From positions 8,003 through 72,002 of the forward strand of contig JAIUNY010000005.1 in NCBI GenBank assembly GCA_020161505.1: 64,000 bases of DNA, written 5' to 3'. Each line of letters starts with the position of its first letter. The stretch's first letter is position 1. Below are positions 61,106 to 64,000 of this stretch, piece by piece. The position numbers and the translations under genes were made by a program. The notes beneath the pieces were generated by a model. It was not told the origin of the DNA, ran no database searches, and worked only from the letters and a program-made list of their open reading frames with translations. Origin of the DNA: Armatimonadota bacterium (GTDB taxonomy: Bacteria; Armatimonadota; Fimbriimonadia; Fimbriimonadales; Fimbriimonadaceae).

Positions 61106-63399
61106 TGAGGACAAAGCAGGAAATCGCCACTCGATTCGCTCCCCGAGAGCAGCTGGATTCGATCCAATCGTTCTTTTTGGTCGGAATCGGCGGAGCGGGA
61201 ATGTCGGGCGTGGCGAGAATGCTGCAGAACCGAGGCTTCACGGTTCGGGGAACCGATTCGACCCCCAGCGACCTGATCCTGGATCTGATTGAGTCAGGAA
61301 TCGAAGTCAAAATTGGACACAGTGGAGAGTCGATTCAGCGCGGTGATGCTCTGGTTCTCACCGATGCGATCCCCCTGGATACTTCTCCGGAAGTCGCTCG
61401 GGCGATGGAGCTCGGAGTGCCGCTCTTCCGCCGTTCTCAGGTGCTGGGTTGGCTGCTCCGCGACAAAAAGACCATCGCGGTCACCGGAACCCACGGCAAA
61501 ACCACCACGACCAGCATGCTGGCCCTCGCGATGGTCGCAGAAGGATTCGACCCCACCGTCGTGGTTGGGGCCGAGGTTCCAGCTTGGGGAACCTCGATCC
61601 GGGAGGGCGCGGGTGACTATGCTGTCATCGAGGCCTGCGAAGCCTACGATAGCCTCCATGATTTTGACCCTCACACCGTTGTGCTGACCAACCTGGAACT
61701 GGATCATGTGGACTTCCACGAGACGTGGGAAAACCTGCGTGATTCGGTCACTCGGTTTGTAAATCGCGCCGAGCACTTGGTCTTTAACTCAGCGGATGCG
61801 GGCTCGGTAGAAATCGCGGGCCGCGTGCGATGCCAGGGCGTGGGTTTCGAGCCGAGCGGGTCTCCGGTCGATGAGTCGGGCGCGCCCTTGAGCTTGGCTC
61901 AAAAGGGCGCCCATAACCGGGCCAACGCCTTGGCTGCCCTGGCGGGCTTTTCGCAGGCGGTTGGCCGAGAGTCCACCGATGCCGGACGCCAAGCGATCGC
62001 GGGATTCGGCGGTGCCGAGCGACGTCAACAAGTGATTTTCGAGGGTCAAACCCCCGGGGGAACGGGTGAGATCACAATTCTCGACGACTACGCGCACCAT
62101 CCGACCGAAGTCACGGTGGCCTTGCAAGCGATTCGGGAAGGTTGGATCGCGACCGGGAAGCGTCAGAGATTAGTTGTGGTTTTTCAGCCGCACCTCTACA
62201 CACGGACCGCCCCGCTTATCAGCGAGTTTGCCGCGAGCCTGGATGAAGCTGATTTTGTTGTTCTCACCGACATCTATCCGGCCCGGGAGGCTCCGATTCC
62301 GGGGGTGAGCAGTGTTCGGATCGGCGAGAAGCTGACCAAGCCCTCGCGGTATGTCCCGGCCCGTTACCTGCTGCCGCGCGAAGTAGCCGCGTGGATCCAG
62401 CCGGGCGATGTGATTGTGGGAATGGGGGCAGGGAATATCAGTGAATTTGCGCCTGGTCTCGCCGCCGAACTAAAGCGCCGCGAGAGACCCACGCCTAAGG
62501 TTCTTGTAGCCTACGCTGGTTCGAGCCCGGAAAGGGAAGTCTCCATCCACAGTGGTCGAGCGATCTTCGCTGGCTTGAAAGAGTTGCGTTACGACGCCCA
62601 GTTGGTGGATCTGAGCCAAGTGGCTCTTTCCTCGGGCGATCTCTCGGTTCTGGTCGGGGCGGATCGTCCTGACCTCGTATTCCTCGCCCTTCATGGTCCA
62701 GGAGATGAGGACGGAACGGCGCAAGGACTGCTCGAATTCTTTCATATACCGTACACAGGATCCGGCATCCAAGCAAGCGCCATTGCGATGGATAAGGAGG
62801 CCACGAAGCGCGTTCTCTCCGCCGCAGGTGTTCCAGTTCCGCAAGGTGTCCAGGTTCGGCGAGGCGATCCTTTGCCGGATCTCCCGATGCCGGTGGTCGT
62901 GAAGCCGAACTCCCAAGGATCGACCGTGGGACTAAGTTTTGTGCATGATGCTGCCGAGCTTCCTGCCGCGATCGAGAAGGCTTTGGCTCATGACGAAGCG
63001 TGCCTCGTTGAAGAGATGGTGCAGGGGGTCGAGATCAGCGTGCCGGTGTTCGGAGACCGAGCGATGCCTCCTGTTGAGGTCGTGCCCAAGAGTGGTTCCT
63101 ACGACTTTGAAATGAAGTACACCCCCGGCGCAACCGAGGAGATTTGTCCAGCTCGGCTCACTCCGGAACAGACACAAATCGCGATGGATCAAGCGGTGCG
63201 GGCACATCAAGCCTTGGGATGCCGAGGCATCACGCGAACCGACATGATCGTGACAAAAGATCGGATCGTCGCGCTGGAAACGAACACCTTGCCGGGCATG
63301 ACTCCCACCAGTTTGGTGCCGCGAAGTGCAAAAGAAGCGGGAATGAGCTTCAACGATGTGGTGAAATGGATCGTGGAAGATGCCCTCTCGCAGCACTAA
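61105..63399 (+). CDS. murC-ddl: Fused MurC / D-Ala-D-Ala ligase
   Basis: N-part: GIGGAGMSG, GTHGKTTT, DDYAHHPTE, FQPH. C-part: SPEREVS, LHG..DEDG, YTGSG, MDK, YDFEMKY, ETNTLPGMT. One uninterrupted frame. Confidence 0.94.
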   Translation: MRTKQEIATRFAPREQLDSIQSFFLVGIGGAGMSGVARMLQNRGFTVRGTDSTPSDLILDLIESGIEVKIGHSGESIQRGDALVLTDAIPLDTSPEVARAMELGVPLFRRSQVLGWLLRDKKTIAVTGTHGKTTTTSMLALAMVAEGFDPTVVVGAEVPAWGTSIREGAGDYAVIEACEAYDSLHDFDPHTVVLTNLELDHVDFHETWENLRDSVTRFVNRAEHLVFNSADAGSVEIAGRVRCQGVGFEPSGSPVDESGAPLSLAQKGAHNRANALAALAGFSQAVGRESTDAGRQAIAGFGGAERRQQVIFEGQTPGGTGEITILDDYAHHPTEVTVALQAIREGWIATGKRQRLVVVFQPHLYTRTAPLISEFAASLDEADFVVLTDIYPAREAPIPGVSSVRIGEKLTKPSRYVPARYLLPREVAAWIQPGDVIVGMGAGNISEFAPGLAAELKRRERPTPKVLVAYAGSSPEREVSIHSGRAIFAGLKELRYDAQLVDLSQVALSSGDLSVLVGADRPDLVFLALHGPGDEDGTAQGLLEFFHIPYTGSGIQASAIAMDKEATKRVLSAAGVPVPQGVQVRRGDPLPDLPMPVVVKPNSQGSTVGLSFVHDAAELPAAIEKALAHDEACLVEEMVQGVEISVPVFGDRAMPPVEVVPKSGSYDFEMKYTPGATEEICPARLTPEQTQIAMDQAVRAHQALGCRGITRTDMIVTKDRIVALETNTLPGMTPTSLVPRSAKEAGMSFNDVVKWIVEDALSQH

Positions 63400-64000
63400 G
63401 TCTAAGTCTGGCGGCCAAAAGCGGCGACGTAAGAGCAAACTCACGCTCGGTGCATGGCTCTGGATGCTCGCGCTTCTTAATCTGGGACTCGGCATGTTCT
63501 TGAGCCCTCTGACGGCTCCCCGTCGCTTGAGCGCGCAGGACGTGGATCCTCTGGATGTGCCGGCGATGAAGCAGGCGGCGCAGTACAGCAAGTCGATCCC
63601 CTGGGCCCGGTTGAATACCGCCGATTTGGCCTCGCGGCTGCGGGTCGCGGATCGTATTGAGCGGGTGGATCTAACCGCAAATGTCTTCGGAAGAGTATCG
63701 GCAAAGGTGATCTATCGCGTCCCCGTCGCTCGTCTCAGCGAGACAATCGACCTGTTTTTGGATGCTCGCGGCGATCTGTACCGCGATCCTCGGTATCCGA
63801 GATTGGCGGCTGTCACCGAGGAGACTTCGGAAGAGAGCGAGGCCCCGGCCCAGATTGATCCGCAGGCCGATCTTCCCGATGTGCTTGTTCCGGTAGAGTC
63901 CCTGTCACCCTCCGGCGCCATTTTGGGGACATGGGAACCGGGGGCGGTCGTGGAAGTGATCGAATTAACCCGGTCTAAGGCACCGCAGTTGGACTATTCG
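63380..64000 (+). CDS. FtsQ/DivIB-like cell division protein, runs off the window end
   Basis: Open frame from ATG 63380 (MPSRSTKSK...), basic N-terminus, TM helix, POTRA-like segment and position after ddl. Confidence 0.65.
   Translation, partial: MPSRSTKSKSGGQKRRRKSKLTLGAWLWMLALLNLGLGMFLSPLTAPRRLSAQDVDPLDVPAMKQAAQYSKSIPWARLNTADLASRLRVADRIERVDLTANVFGRVSAKVIYRVPVARLSETIDLFLDARGDLYRDPRYPRLAAVTEETSEESEAPAQIDPQADLPDVLVPVESLSPSGAILGTWEPGAVVEVIELTRSKAPQLDYS

Noticed and set aside
1-64000. CRISPR array, rRNA, prophage or defence island
   Set aside because: No regularly spaced repeats, cas, phage structural or rRNA sequences were recognised.

Overview
A ~60% GC bacterial chromosome segment that is mostly core genes, with small accessory genes in between. 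The PEP-CTERM proteins, the prepilin-like (DUF1559-type) protein and the gene styles suggest Armatimonadota (Fimbriimonadaceae-like); this is an inference. Recognisable genes are a multi-PAS diguanylate cyclase, trxB, glnA, a GH36 alpha-galactosidase, three PEP-CTERM proteins, tRNA-Glu(CTC), a flippase with a GT2, a beta-propeller/phosphoesterase, fbaB, TolC with an ABC ATPase, a globin-coupled sensor, an iodotyrosine-deiodinase-like nitroreductase behind an ABC exporter, fused secDF, a REC/HD-GYP protein, rpmE2, a transsulfuration PLP enzyme, dnaK, an M23 peptidase, and the dcw cluster (mraZ to ftsQ, with a MurC-Ddl fusion). I found no CRISPR array, prophage or intact transposon. The best leads are: (i) a four-way-junction RNA candidate that buries the ribosome-binding site of rpmE2; (ii) a switch- or pseudoknot-like leader upstream of glnA; (iii) a Y1/RAYT transposase homolog with all catalytic residues replaced; (iv) a three-gene cassette of a CxC membrane protein, a CPCC redoxin and a Met/His-rich prepilin-like protein; (v) pervasive leaderless-gene signatures; (vi) a 10-bp-phased array over the mraZ promoter. 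All RNA folds and family calls were made by eye and need computational confirmation.
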